Shown one piece after another: positions 37,939 through 51,999 of a DNA stretch of 64,000 nucleotides. How positions within the stretch are numbered: the first letter of the stretch is position 1; each line of letters begins with the position of its first letter. Location: NCBI GenBank assembly GCA_050084985.1, contig JBITNC010000001.1:203298001-203362000 (forward strand). Direction: 5' to 3'. Made by a program: the position numbers and the translations under genes. Source of the DNA: Nageia nagi (lineage: Eukaryota > Plantae > Pinophyta). The notes under the pieces were generated by a model. The model was not told where the DNA came from. It saw nothing but the letters and a program-made list of their open reading frames with translations, and made no database searches.

Positions 37939-39981
37939 AAGAGTAATGAATTTTTTCTTTAATGATTTGATAGATAAAATCATTATTATCTATTTATATG
38001 TTATGATTATCTTTTTGAAGAAGAGGAAAGATTATGTGAAACACATCACAAAAGTGCTTGAGATTTGTAAAGAGTTTGGAATATCTTTAAATATTAAAAA
38101 TTATATATTTGGGGTTACTTATGGGAAACATTTGGTTCTTATTATCTCAAAATAAGGAACTCAAATTAATCTTAAAAGAGTTTTTGCTATAGAAAATATC
38201 CCATTACCTACAAATAAAATATCTTTGTAATCATTTTTTGATAAAATACATTTGAAAGGGAAAATAACATTTGAAAAAATCAAATAATCCATAAGAAGTG
38301 CACCAAAAATGCTTCAACTAGATTTTAAGAAGCCATTCAACATGCACACCTATACTTTAGAGCATATAATATCTTTGATCATTACTTAAGTCAATGATAA
38401 AGGAGAAGAATATTCTATTGCATTCATGAGTCATGCCTTAAAAATATTTGAATAAAAATATAGCTTTCTTGAAAAGAAATAATTGATAATGGTCAAGGTG
38501 ATAAAGAAATTTAAAGTTTATATTGTTGGAAATCAAGTTATTTTCATGATACCTTACCCATTTATAAAAATAATCTTAACTTGTAATGAATTAGGAGTCC
38601 TCAGAGCTTATTAGGTGGCTAGGGTGTAAGAATATGATTTATTTTTTAAGCCAATAAAGTTGGTAAGAGGAAAAGGATTATGCAAACTCATCATAAATAT
38701 TTAATTAATGGAGGAGAATTAATAGTATCAAATATTAGTTGTTACATAAACTAAGAACAATTGGTTTGATGATATTGCAAAGTACCTAAATAGTAGAAGA
38801 AAACCTAAATACTTATCATTCAATGCTAAATGAGCTCTAAAGATAAAATCAAGGAAGTATTATTTTTATGATGGTGTTCTTTTTAGAAAATAATTTGATG
38901 GTATATTGTTAATATATGTGGAAAATAATCATATTCAACAAATTCTAAAAGAATTTTATGAAGGAGTATGTGGAAGATATTTTACACCAACCACTACTAC
39001 ATACAAGATAACTAGGGTCAGGTGTTATTGGGAAATTCAAACTTGTAATTAATATATCCATAGTTGTTTAGATTTTCAAAGGTTTATGGGAAAGGAGAAT
39101 TTTATGATATCCATATTAAACCAATGATTACTAACACACCTTTCAGTAAGTGGGGAATAGACTTTGTAGGTCCCATCAAACCATTATCTAGACAAGGTCA
39201 TATATTCATCCTTACTAGTATTGATTATTTTACCAAATTGGTAGAAGTTATACCTACCTTTCAAGAAACCTTGGATATGGTAATTGATTTTCTTAAGAAA
39301 AATATCTATTCTAAATTTGGTATTCTAATTAGCATCATCATGGAAAATGACAAGTATTTTGATTCTCTTGAAATGACAAATCACTCTTTGGAATATAATA
39401 TCCAAATCCAAATAGTATCTAATTATCACCCTTAGGGAAATGGTCTTGTAAAATTAGAAAATAAAAACATAAGAAGAATTATTACCCAAATTCTTCATCT
39501 CAACATGATAAATTGGTATAATAAGCTGAAATTTTCTCTTTGAGAAGATTTAATCACACTTAAATGGTTAATAAATGTTCTCCATTCTATCTAGTTTATG
39601 GTAGAGAATTTGTCCTTCATGTTCAAATAGAAATTCCTTGTTTAAAATTAATGGAAAATATTGAATTAGAAGAACCATTAATCAATAAACACTTTGAACT
39701 AATTAACCTAGAAGAGAACACAAAGCAATTTTTTGAAAATGAAATAAAAAAAAATTCAATCAATGTGCTTGTAATAAATATTTTAAAGTGGATGATAAAG
39801 TTTGGTTTTAGGATAATCATCATGAAGATAATGGTAATCATAAAAAAATAATTCTTTATGGTTGGGACCATGATAGATTTTTGAGAAAGTCTCATATAAT
39901 ACATTCAAGTTGTGTGATGGTGAATCCTAAGTCTTTTCCATTCCCTACAATATTATCCACTTGAAGAAATTCTTCTTGTGA
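37939..39981 (+). pseudogene. pol: RT C-terminal half, RNase H and integrase of element D
   Basis: IYLYVMIIF (decayed YLDD), GISLN.K..IFGVT.GK.L, PFSKWGIDFVGPI.P.S.QGHIFILT.IDYFTK, NYHP*GNGL, PFYLVYG, WLGP. No aRH between RH and INT. Confidence 0.92.
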
Positions 39982-40010
39982 AGCATCAATGAATAAATAA
40001 TTTAAGATAT

Positions 40011-40112
40011 CCTAAATGGTGCCACCCTAGGGGTACCAAATTACACCTAAATGGTGCCACCCTAGGGGTACCAAATTACACCTAAATGGTGCCACCCTAG
40101 GGGTACCAAATT
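40011..40112. repeat. Perfect 35-bp tandem repeat, ~3 copies
   Basis: cctaaatggtgccaccctaggggtaccaaattaca at 40011 and 40046; third copy at 40081 matches for 32 nt. Confidence 0.97.
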
Positions 40113-40669
40113 TAGGTTCAACAATTATCATTACTACTTTAGAGATTATTGAAAGAATAATCCAACAATTCTTATGATGTTGATTATTTCTTATGATCTA
40201 ATTTGTAAGTGTGGGAATCCTAGGATATTTTAAGGGTTATTAATAAGCTTTAGTTCAAGCTATCCATAATCATAACTCATTTTTTTTAATAATCAAGAAA
40301 GAAAAATAATATATATACAAAGTATATACAAATACTTTTGAACCTAATATTCAATCTAGTTTTTATTAGAACCAACAAGTAAATTTGATATTAATAAAAA
40401 AATAAAACCATGTTTTGAAAGGAAATTAGAAACCTTTTACATATAAAAAAAAGAATTATGAAATATTTTACCTTCATCATAAACAAAAAGAGTATAGTAT
40501 TATTTTTTAGAAAAATAATCTAAAGTACATATTAAATAGACTAAGAGATATAACATTATAAGATAGCAGTAAGTTTGTTGGGTCCTCAAAAACTTAATTG
40601 AAAATAAAATTAATCTATGTGTGTAAATAATCTTAATCCCACTTTTCATGTTTATATTCATAACCCTTT

Positions 40670-42660
40670 AGATAAAATAAAGCTCATTCCCTTGATAGAT
40701 ATTAGTGGTGTAGATATAAGAGTAGTCCTGATCTTGATCTTCCTCCATTTGATTAGCAAAAATCATCCCTGATTTGTAGTGCCTATAGCAGGTGGTTTTA
40801 TCTTCTGGAGTAGCATAGCTTTGAAATATACCCCTATGTTGAACTTGAACTTGAAAGTCTATCAAAATCTATTGAAGGTATGGTACCAATAGTACCTAAT
40901 TTTATTATCATTTGGATGGAAGATATCCTCATCAATTTTCATCTTTAGCTTCTGATAGTTATTTTTATAGAACTTGATGCTGATCTTTATCCATATTTTC
41001 CTCTTATTAATCAACCACTTATTTTGAGATTTTGTTCCTTAAATGTAGTGATAGATGGGTAGGGATTCCAATAGGATATTAGGGCTTCCTCTACATATCT
41101 TAACATCCCCAAGCATATTGTTGTGGAGCTAGATGTCTTGAGGCATTGTGATAGCTTGGAGTTTGAATTTATTGGACTTATTAGGAGTTGAATGGTTACG
41201 TATGTCCTCATGAATTATGTTATGAGGAGAAAGGATATGTGGTACTTGGTTGACACAAGGGTAGATGATACAAATAATAGTTTCTTATTTTGTACTATGC
41301 ACATCATAATCTATGTTAACATCAAAGTTCATACACTCATAAGCAATGGTCAAAGATTGAGTAGAAACTTTCCTTTTAACCCTTGTAGAATAAGTATGTA
41401 GTTTGGGTTTGGGAAGATGTTGATGGGGATAGGTAGGGATTTTAGTATTGGTTGCATTATCCATGGGGGTTGGTATGGTAGTGCTAAATTCTCTATGAGT
41501 TTGACTAGATTGACCCTCTTCACTACTAGGGCTATCACTAGTAAGAATAGGGGTGGGGTCCAACTTACATCTACCTTTATTAGCTATGTCCATTAATTGA
41601 GTCCTTCTGGTAACTATTTGAAAACCTCTTACTTTATCTTAGGGATAAGTTATATGTTCTTGTTTAGTCTTTAAGTCTACATTTTCTTTCATTACCATTT
41701 GAGTCTCTTCCTCTTCATGGACAACTTAAGGGTGTGGTTTCTTACACCTAAGCTATTAGAATCAAATTAGGCCTATGTGCTCTTCTTTTTCACTTTGGGA
41801 TCCTTCATGTTTGGGGCCTATATTATCCACATTCACTTCATTTTTTCTATTGCTTTATTTTTGGTTGAGCGATATCCTCCTGATTCCATTCCAAACTAAA
41901 CTCCCAAGCTCATCTTCTCCTAACTCTATTTCATCTTTGTACCAATTCATCTTGCTAAATTTGTTCTTGAGGGGCTTTATCTCTATTTTAAGTATATAAT
42001 TGTACATATTAGGATAGCTGATGCTAGCAAACCAAGAGCATAATCACTTGATGTAGCGAAATAAAATTAGATTTGATTTTGCACTTGGCTACTGAAAATC
42101 CCATAGAGAATTTGATGAATTGGGAAAAATTTTCCTGGTCTCTCGATGGTTTGAAATGATTCATCAATATAATATGGGTTCCAAAAACCTTAGTATACCT
42201 GCCATCCAAAGTAATATACTTCATAAGGATTTTGTAGACCTTGTACTAAGGGTAAGGGATGTTGCTTCTATGGAACCTAGTTCTATAGGGGATTAATTCA
42301 AAGTTACCTCCTTCAAATCTTCTTATTTCCTCTATTTTGCTAGTCTTTGATTTTTGGCAAACTTCCTTTCCCCTATTAGGAAAACCAATGGCTTTTGTAA
42401 TTGTATCATTGTTGAAAACAATTTCCTTCCATGAATTCTATAGACACCTTCCACCCAATTGCTAAAAATATAGTCTAGCAGCCTTTTTTCTATCCCCCTA
42501 CATGCTTCATAGGGGTTTTAAACCATTTAGGTGTAATAATATAATCAAATTTTAATTATGTTATGGGTTTATTATCACACTTATATCAAGTGGTATTCTT
42601 ATTTATCTATTAGGTACACCAATATGGGCTTCAACCTTCTTATAAGGGATCATTTGGTAA
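40670..42660 (-). pseudogene. Antisense extra ORF in the 3' region of element D, function unknown
   Basis: Blocks F.NDTITKAIGFP..G, LMKYITLDGRYTKVFGTHIILMNHF and LHQVIMLL, followed by a charged/Pro-rich tail. Position mirrors the antisense PMD ORF of element B. Confidence 0.6.
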
Positions 42661-42679
42661 GAATTCATGCGTATATAAA

Positions 42680-43317
42680 TGTAAGTATATATAATGTAGA
42701 AAAACATTCAAGATTTACATATCAATAGTCAATACTCTACTCTTGGGTATTTCTAAATGTTTCCTATTAAGATTGGAATCTTGTTACCACTCAAGCATAT
42801 ATATTATCCATGTATTCTCAATTATATGTCTAGATTACCTTATCGACATATATGCTATTTTCAATCCTTGGTGGAAAATCCTACTTCTCAAAGAACCCTA
42901 GCACGTGTGTTGAAGAACATAACCATTTTGTTATTCTACAATCTAGAACCCATGTTGACATAAGTGTCCATGTTTATCTTCTTACTATTATTATCCATAT
43001 TATTCACACATCAAGGTGAATTCACTTTAATAATTTCTATTTGCATATGATTAGCTCCATCATAGATAGGGATAAATATATATTTATCTTACACTTGATT
43101 CCAATATCTTTAGTGCATGTTTGATTTTTTTATCTTGATTCAATAAAATCTTAGTTCTATTATTTCACTAGATCTTCATTTCTGTTGTTCTAATATATCA
43201 TATATTCTTATTTGAGTTATATAGCTTAGATAATTCATACTTAAATATTACATGTATTAATCTCACTTAGGCTATAATATTAAGGGTAATTAAACACACA
43301 ACAAATTGGCACCCATC
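42680..43317 (+). mobile_element. 5' LTR (start approximate) and PBS of element E
   Basis: ...taaacacaCAACA (ends 43303), aat, then TGGCACCCATC (43307), a C>T/G>A-decayed TGGCGCCCACC (tRNA-Lys type PBS). Gag follows. Confidence 0.65.
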
Positions 43318-43439
43318 TTTCATACTATTTGCTTCTCTTAATTAGGGTTAGATTAAAGTGCTTTCGAATCTATCCATAGTTTTTGTTATTACACAAAGGA
43401 ACCTAGGGTTCTTGTTTGCATTTTATAAAAAAAATTATG

Positions 43440-45930
43440 GCTATAATATGTATGTAAAATATCACTCCTAAAATCTTTGCCAAATTAGTGTCAATGCCCA
43501 CATTTGAAGCTCTTATAGCGAATGCATCTATATTGATCGTACCAAATAGCACTAAAACTAGTACAAATGCTCACATTAGTGCAATCACAACCATCAATGT
43601 CGATACTAACAATAGTGCCAATGCTATGAATAATGTTTCAAATTTAGATCCCTACATACCAAAATAATTCAAACAAATGGAATCAAAGATTGATAGGTTC
43701 AAAAATCAATTCAATACTAGCTTAGACCAGACAAAAAATAGGGGCAGTCCTTTAAGCATGGAACTTTGCAATACCTTTATTAGTACAAATAAGGATCCTA
43801 CATTATAAAAATTCAATGGGAACTATTTATATTTAAGGTTTTGAGTAAATTATGGAGCATAAATGTGAAGTTAATTATAACTTGAAAGCAAACTATTTTC
43901 TTATGACCCTAAATGATGAAGCATGAAAGTGGTTCCATAGCTTGGAACCAAGATCTATCTCTTCATATTAGTAATTAAAATATTAATTCAAAGCTCATTT
44001 CATATGCAATGTAAAGAAACCAATTTATTTGATAGATTTGATTCATTACAAGTAAGGATAATTAGAAAGGTTGGATAAATTCACTCTTATATATGTGAAG
44101 CTTTGGAGGTCCATAGAGGGAAATATGGATGAACACTTAATTGGCAAGATATTTCTTGATAACATTAATCCTATTATTGGTGAAAAAGATCTTGATTATG
44201 TTAATGGTTCATTTATTAATATGGTTCATATCCTTATTGAGAAAGAAGCATTTTTGTTAAGATCAAATCAACTTAAGTATACATCATCCTTTTACAACAA
44301 ACATAATGCTAGAAAGCCTTATCATAAGAAAGATTATACCTCTATTAATGCCATTGAAATTGAACCTCAAGATAAGCTAAGATATAGGTGCTAAAGATAC
44401 ATATCTATTTCCTATTAATCCCAACCAAATGTTCGAGGACTATTTAGTAAAAGGTTTTATCAAATAAATTCAAGGAAGAGAATATGATCCTAATGATAAA
44501 AAGCCCCTTGTGTATAAGGAAAATGAATTTTACAAATATAATCAAGTTAGGGGACATAACATAGTAGGTGCTATGCTATGATGAAGAAACTAAAATATTT
44601 ATTAGATAATGGAATTTAGTATCTTATGAAAATGATGAAACTAAACTCAATAATCAATATCTTCCTCATGTTAATAAGGTTAATATGATTATTTATTATG
44701 ACAATGATGAACCAATTGAGTTTGATTATGAGTTTAGTAGAAAGTTAGAATTAGATTTAGAATCTAATCTAGAACCAGAGAAAGCATGTAATGCAACAAA
44801 AAGATCAAATAAAGGTATTATTAATCCTATGTTGGTTGAAAAAGAGGTACATTCTAACCTATCTCTTAAATAAAATAAGAAAGATAAGTGCAAAAATAAT
44901 ATCTTGCAAAATTTTAAAAATACTAATGTCAAGATAAGTTTGATTGAATTATTTGAAACTTTAGAAGATTATAGCTTGACATTATTTGAATTACTTAGTT
45001 GTGTTGACATGGATATTGATATTTTACCTAGTATGTTTCTAGGAATGGTTGATTGTTTTAAATATTTTTTAACATTCATTGAAGATAAACTTTATAGGAA
45101 AAGATCATTGAAAAATATTTACCACTACACATCTATGTTAAGATTATGGGAAAAATAAAATAAAAAATACATTAGTCAATGGTGGAGTAGGTTTGAATAT
45201 TTTCTCTCTTGAATTTTTGCAAAACTTTAGATATAAGCTAATGTATAGATTGTAAAGAAGAAAATATAAGATTAAAGGTTATGATAACGATTCAAGATCA
45301 TGTCTGGAACATATAATATTTCCCAATTTAGTTGGGACCTAATATAGTGGAAGTTATGACATATGTGATTGATAAAATGTTTCCCTATGATATACTTCTT
45401 CGTAGATCTTAGATACATCCTATGAATTGCATCTCATCCACTTTGCATAGAATCTTAAAATTTAATCATGAACAATAGAAATATGTTGTTGAGGTTGTAT
45501 ATGAGAATCCAAATATGATTGCAAAAATGGAAAGCACCGTCATTCCCTATAGAAATGTAGAAATTCATAAAGATGATAGTAAATATGAAGATGAAGATAG
45601 TGATAGCATGATGTTATACAAAGCAACAAGAATTGGTACATATGTAGTTAGTAAAAAGGTCATAAAAGATGATATCAAATTTTTTTGCAAGACTAAGATT
45701 ATGAAGAAATCTCAATATCTACACTCACACCAACACTCACATCAGCATCAACCTCTATGATTAGGTACATATGAGTATCCATGTTATCCTAATTGCTTTA
45801 GATATGGACCAAATAAATCTAAGTCTAAGGATGATGATGTAAAGATAATTTTGTACAATAGAGATACATCAAAATTAGAATTAGAAAGTGCTAATGTTAG
45901 AACAAGGGTTGCAACTTTTATAGAGGTTAA
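43440..45930 (+). pseudogene. gag: gag and protease of element E
   Basis: AKLFLMTLNDEA*KWFHSLEPRSISSY, decayed knuckle ..QVRGH, PLHIYVKI...TLVNGGVGLNI (LIDGG) and YDILLRRS*IH. Confidence 0.85.
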
Positions 45931-48900
45931 TGTAACTCTATACTTAACCATAAAATTTATGACCCAATTTTTATTTTAAACATTCCTTATATATAACATA
46001 CTATTCATGAAATTATATCCCATATGGAAAATAATTTATTATGCTTCATCCATTACCTATATACCACTTTACCTAGATAAGTACTAGGTCACATTCACCA
46101 TGCAAGCCTACCACACTTATGAGTGGTTTCTCATGATGATCATACTCTTTGTTTTATTAATGCCTTTATTACCATAATTGTACTATTTCAAGTTTTTAGG
46201 AACTCTTTCAACCTATTGAGCTCAATCATTTTATCTATTTCCAATCTAAGAGTGTCGAACTTAATTGCTTCTTGGAATACTTATACTCCATGATCATTCA
46301 TTCCTTAAATTCTATAATTTATTATTTAGATTCACTTCCCATGACAATGTTCTAGGTCTAACCTCTTTTTAAGTACCTAATATATGAGTGAGTTAGGTTT
46401 GGTACATATTATATGAGATAAAAGAACACATCCTATTAATATTATAATAATCCATAAAACCATCAATAAATATATTGAAATCTTTGCATTTAATCAAAAG
46501 CATAATTATAGGATGAAACTATGCTTAGTTTGTCTTGACATACTATATTGACCATTTTTTCCTTCTTAAATTTTAATTAGGTACTTATTACATCCATATA
46601 TCTAGCTATTTTTGAACATAATCCATTATTTTAATGAACTAGTGAATACTCTTTATTCATTTCATGAGTACTTTTCAAATCCTAAATATAAATCTTTTAT
46701 AAAGACTTAGAATACAATTATCATAATTATTTTTAGGGTATGTTAGGTATTCTCCTTGATAACCCTTTTTTAAGTTTATCTTACATCATGAATACATTAA
46801 TATAATGTCTTTAGAACCAATAAGTCAAATACATCTTTTTTATAATTTTCATTCAATGAGCTTCATGGTAGGAAGAGGTCTTCATATTCTATTGGTGTAT
46901 CTTGTGCTATATTCTTCTCACAAAACTTTTAAGACATCAAATATAAGTGGTCATGGGTACTAGGAGAGTTTTTTTAGGATTATGAGGATCAAGATAGCTC
47001 TTGGTATGAAAACTATCCAACATTCATCAATTCATCCAATAAATGTTTGTACACTATTTAATTAATCTATACTCTATATATATGATCTGAGGAGGTTTTA
47101 TGCCTTATTAAGGCTACCTCCCTTCCTCAACCATAGAGTATAATTTTATCAAGAAAAATCACTAACATTAAATCAAGATTCAAATAAAAGGAAAATCACT
47201 AATGAAGAGCCTTTTTCAATAAATACCTTGATTGAATAGAGATAAGATTAAATCTATTAAGAGGGTCCTTGAATTGTTTCATGTAATTTCTATGGGTTTA
47301 AGTCACATACAAATTTGTTGAGAGGGTCTGCATACTATTTGATAAACATCACAATGAAGGATAATGCATGTACCATGAAAGCTTTATAACTTTATGGTCT
47401 TATGGTCTACAATAATTTGATATGTGCTAATTGGATGCACTACATAACTTAGATTATGCTAAGGCAAAGATAAATGATTGATTTATAACAATACTTCATC
47501 TATTTCTATTTTACAAATAGCATGGTGTTATAATGGTTTTACAAACAAGTACATTATTTAAGCCAATAGAAAGATGAAAAATGATCGCATCTAGAAATAA
47601 ATATAAAATAATGTTTAAATGGTTCACCATTCCACACATAGTAAACATGTTATGGAGGCCTATAAGAAACAAAACACAATGCTTCAATGTATGTAGGAAA
47701 TTTGAATAAAATTAATCATGAAGATACTTCATATATCACATAAAAGAAACACACTAGTAAGCTAGTGATAAGATTTTGATAAAATGTAGCAGAATATGGA
47801 TCTGCTGATAGAAGTAGTGAGGTGTATCCTTTTCAAGGTTGCTCTTCAAATACAAACTCTACATTCCCTTTACCAACATTCCTTTAGTGGGTACCACCAT
47901 ATCCATCAAAGAGTGGTTAGAAAAGTGGTTCTTGTTCAAAAATTATGGTTGGGGATGCCTTGATATGCCTACTCATGGAAAGAGGGAATAGATAGAGACC
48001 AAATATCAATTTGACTCTAAATTTTCTCATTGCAACACTATCTCTAGATTGCATGAATACATCATACCCATGTCCATGTAATGAAAATTTATAACCTTTC
48101 TAGTAGCCAAACTAGACTCTATGATGCTTTTCTCCTTCATTTTACTATAATATGCTACCATGGGTCTACACCAAAGAGTAGGAGAAGGCATGAAAATTTT
48201 CCTCATTAGATTTCTTAAGAATTTGAAGGTACCAATAAGTATATTTATCAATAAAGCAAATTCAAGTAATTTTGATTCCCCATATGTTGTAGGAAGGTAT
48301 TTATTCAAGACATTTATATGGATGGCTCTTCTCCTTGATGGGACTTCTCCTAGGTAAAGGTGAATAAAATAATTTTGATTTTTTTTATATAGTATCTTGT
48401 AATTTGGCTTACATCCCAAGTACTCACTCACATGGATCAAAACACATCTTTTAAAACAACTATAATATTATAGTTCTTTACTAACTCCCTTTACTCCTTT
48501 GTATGTGATGAATGTACATAAATAGCATATTATAACCATCAACTATATAATGTTAATTCATATAATCACATGTCAAGGAATCTAATGAAAGCATTAGAAT
48601 TTTCACATGCAACAAGCAAACATGAGAACTAATAAGAATATTAAAATACCACTTTTATTTTCAACTAGACAAATATGTAAGGTTATAAGACAAAATTTGT
48701 ACCCCCCTCATCACATGCAACCTTTCATATAAGTAATAATGTGAAATCTAAATAACATCATTATACAACATTTAAATCACATAGAACATAAGAGATTTAG
48801 ATCCAATGCTCCATAAATTTTTTTAGCAATTAAATGCTAGAATTAAGAAAATGTACCTAAATATTTTAAATTGGATATCTGGGGAAAGAGGTCTCCTTCT

Positions 48901-49863
48901 CTTCATGGGATCCCAAGTCAAAATGGAGGAGAGAGATATGAGTGTTATTTTTACTAAAGTTATCCAAGTTTTTATAATTAAAAAGTGGTATAATACATCC
49001 AAAGCATATACTATTTATCCATCTTATCTACTTTATACATAGGGTGTTGGGGTTTTTGTTATTTTTTTTTTAGGGGTTTGGGAAAATTTTATTTGTAAGC
49101 TCTCTTACCTTCCAAAAATAATTTTACACCTAACATTAGAAAATAAAATATTTTATTAATCATGTTGCACCTAACAGAAAGGGACAAGTTGTATGGGGTG
49201 TTTCTCTCAATTAGTTTATCAAGGCACCAAAATAACATCATAACCCCTATGAAATGACAAGAAAACCTTTAACCTTAAAATTTATGTTTCTCCCAAAATT
49301 ATTTTATTGTTGTAAAACAAATTTTATTAGTAAAAATTTAAAATTCAAATAGGTGGAATATTCCTTGTTTGAACAATTTCTAGTTTTAAAATAGTTTTCC
49401 AAACAAATTCAAGAAAACACACCATATTTTTAGCATAATATATACTTTCAGAGGCCTCCTTGTCTTGCAAGGTAAACTTCATTAGTGTACACTCACACAT
49501 ACACGAGTATCACACATATCAAAAAGATTAAAACATACAATTATGATGTGCAACTATATGATCTACGAAGGGTATTTATGAATTTATTAGTAATTCAATT
49601 CTAATTATTTCTTCATTATTACCAATCCATTCCTATAACCACTCATCTTGGTTCCTTGAGATCTCCATCTAGATTCTCTGATTAAATATATAGTTACCTA
49701 TGTCATGAAAAATCTCAAAGCCAACATCAATTTGTCACAAATATAGCATATAATCATTTTTTATTAGTCAACTCATGTTCCCATTCATATTAAAAATTTT
49801 CAAAAGTAATGAAATTCAATTTTGAAAAACATCCAATATTGAAGGTGTAATAGGGTTATTACT
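45931..49863 (-). repeat. 3' LTR of element F (~3.9 kb)
   Basis: tgtaa...gggttattac; colinear with 54335-58855; abuts the PPT. Confidence 0.92.
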
Positions 49864-49949
49864 TTCTCCCCCCTTAGGAACAACAAAGTCCTATGGGTTT
49901 CTTTCTTCTTCATTCATCAAAATACTTGAAAATAAATAACATGAAATAA

Positions 49950-51900
49950 TCTAGTGCATCAAATTCTTACACTAAATTTGATATTTTAAAGGAAAAGTAA
50001 GATGATCCAACTTGAGTATGTGTCAATGGACACTTGACCCTCAAGTGGGTTAAGTTCATCAACTATCAGAATTGAGCAACCCCTTCATTTCTAGTGTTCA
50101 CCTCCATAATCCTCTATGGATCAATTTGAATGCATTAACATGATCCCACCATTGCTATCTACTAAGCAATCAACTGAAAAAGCCCATTTGACCACAATGT
50201 TAGGTTTGAGTTTCATCTTGGGGCCCATATCACCCAAGATGACACTAATCCAAAATAAGATCATACAACATATGAACATATCATCCACCAAACTATGGGT
50301 AAAACACATCACCCATAGAATAACCATCATTTCTAATCATTAAACCATGGTAAAGAAATGATTGCAACTTATATCCTCAACCAATATAGTGTAGATTTCT
50401 TAGTTACTAACCCTTTATCTTGAGGTAAGATGACTAACCTACCCATATCTTTTAGTAAGTATCCCTAGTTGTCCAAGATCCCATGCCCATATCTTGGGAA
50501 CCCAAATGCATTTAGGATGTAACAACTTTCTCATCATGTTGTCCTACTTCTAATTTTCATCATAAAATTATCACTTTTCATCAACTTTATTCAATAACAT
50601 AACAAATATATGAATGAATCATAAACACTATAGCTAATCTATCAGTTGCAATAGATCCTCACCTGATCTTTTGAAACATAAAGGTTATCAATAGACTATT
50701 TTTCATTCTTAGATATGAAATCATCATGTTTCAAAAATTTATTTAATATCCATCTCACCCTTGTTCATGTGATAATTACACAATATTACTATTAGGTCCT
50801 ATATTTTTGGATCTAATAGGCATAACATTGGGTCAATAATATTGATTCATACCCTTTTGTCTCAATACTTAGGTTCAAATCAAAGAAAATCACTATTAAT
50901 ACTTATACAAAGAGTTATCCATAATAAATACTAATCAAATACTTATTATCAATTTAGCACATTAAACAATATTCACCATTAAGGGATTCATCCCTATTTA
51001 TGCTTAGCATTGAAGGTTTTACGTTACCTAAACTTCCATCATTAGCATTTATCATTATATCTTGAAATAGGTTTATCCCAAACTAGGTTAGAATTTTTCA
51101 AGTTCTCGAGTTTTCTCCTTCCAAAACTCTATCTCTTGGATAGAAGTACTAACACTCATTAATGCTTTCTCTTGAACAAATTGAACTTGCTTCCAAAATT
51201 CCTATTCTTAGATAAGAGATCTCTCATTTTCTATTGCAAACTAATTTTTTCAATCATTAATATTATTTTTTCTTGATTCAGACTATCTCCCTAAATCCTA
51301 AAGGATTCTCTTCATTCTCCTTCAATGACCAATTGTTGTTGTAAGAAATCATTTTCAATATCAAATGATACTTTTCTTAGTATAATTTCTTAGTGACACA
51401 TTCTTATAAATCTTCTACTCATATGAAGTGCTATTGAGTTCTCTATTGGTTTATTACCATTTTTCCTACTCAAATTTATAACTCAAACCAACAAATTAAG
51501 AAACCATTACCTTTTAAAACATTTCTCTACATTCACACATCATATTTTGAGAGTACGAACACAAATATTCATAAATAGGCTAATCATTTATTTAAATCAA
51601 TCAATAGTTTGGAAAAAATGGTTCTTTCCCCCATTTGGCTCTCTGTTTGGGGTTCATCTTCCTTATCACCCTTATCATTAGGTGATTTTGATGAATCCAA
51701 AGAGACCCTAATACCATATTAGGGTAAAAAATTTTCATACCTTCAAGCCTACACTCTCCATTTTTTATTTCCTATAAAGAAGAAATAAGGTGCATGAAAG
51801 CTTGTTATTACACACTTTAAATTTGTTGGATTAATTTCCTCTCCTGATTGATGAGGTCAATCATCAACTTATTTTGTGGTATAGAAATGGAATTCCAAAT
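49950..51900 (-). pseudogene. gag: Highly decayed gag-knuckle-protease remnant of element F
   Basis: Knuckle-like WDLGQLG..KD near 50480 and KIYTILVED...TMV resembling a gypsy gag/PR junction. No RT, RH or INT before the PPT. Confidence 0.45.
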
Positions 51901-51999
51901 TCTTACACATTCTTCTCTTTCCCTTTGGAGGTGCCTTATTTGTTCTTTAGCATTCTTTAACTATTTTTGTAAATATTCGTTCTCCATGATAGATTGCAT

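Larger units (their letters stand above)
25492..42670 (+). mobile_element. Tat-clade gypsy element D (extra ORFs-gag-PR-aRH-RT-RH-INT-antisense ORF); boundaries approximate
   Basis: Domain order is read directly from the sequence. Left end tentatively TGACGT at 25492. No PBS recognised. Confidence 0.6.

Noticed and set aside
40011-40112. 35-bp repeats as CRISPR or as a primer-binding site
   Set aside because: No spacers. The tggtgcc start is PBS-like but follows integrase rather than an LTR end.
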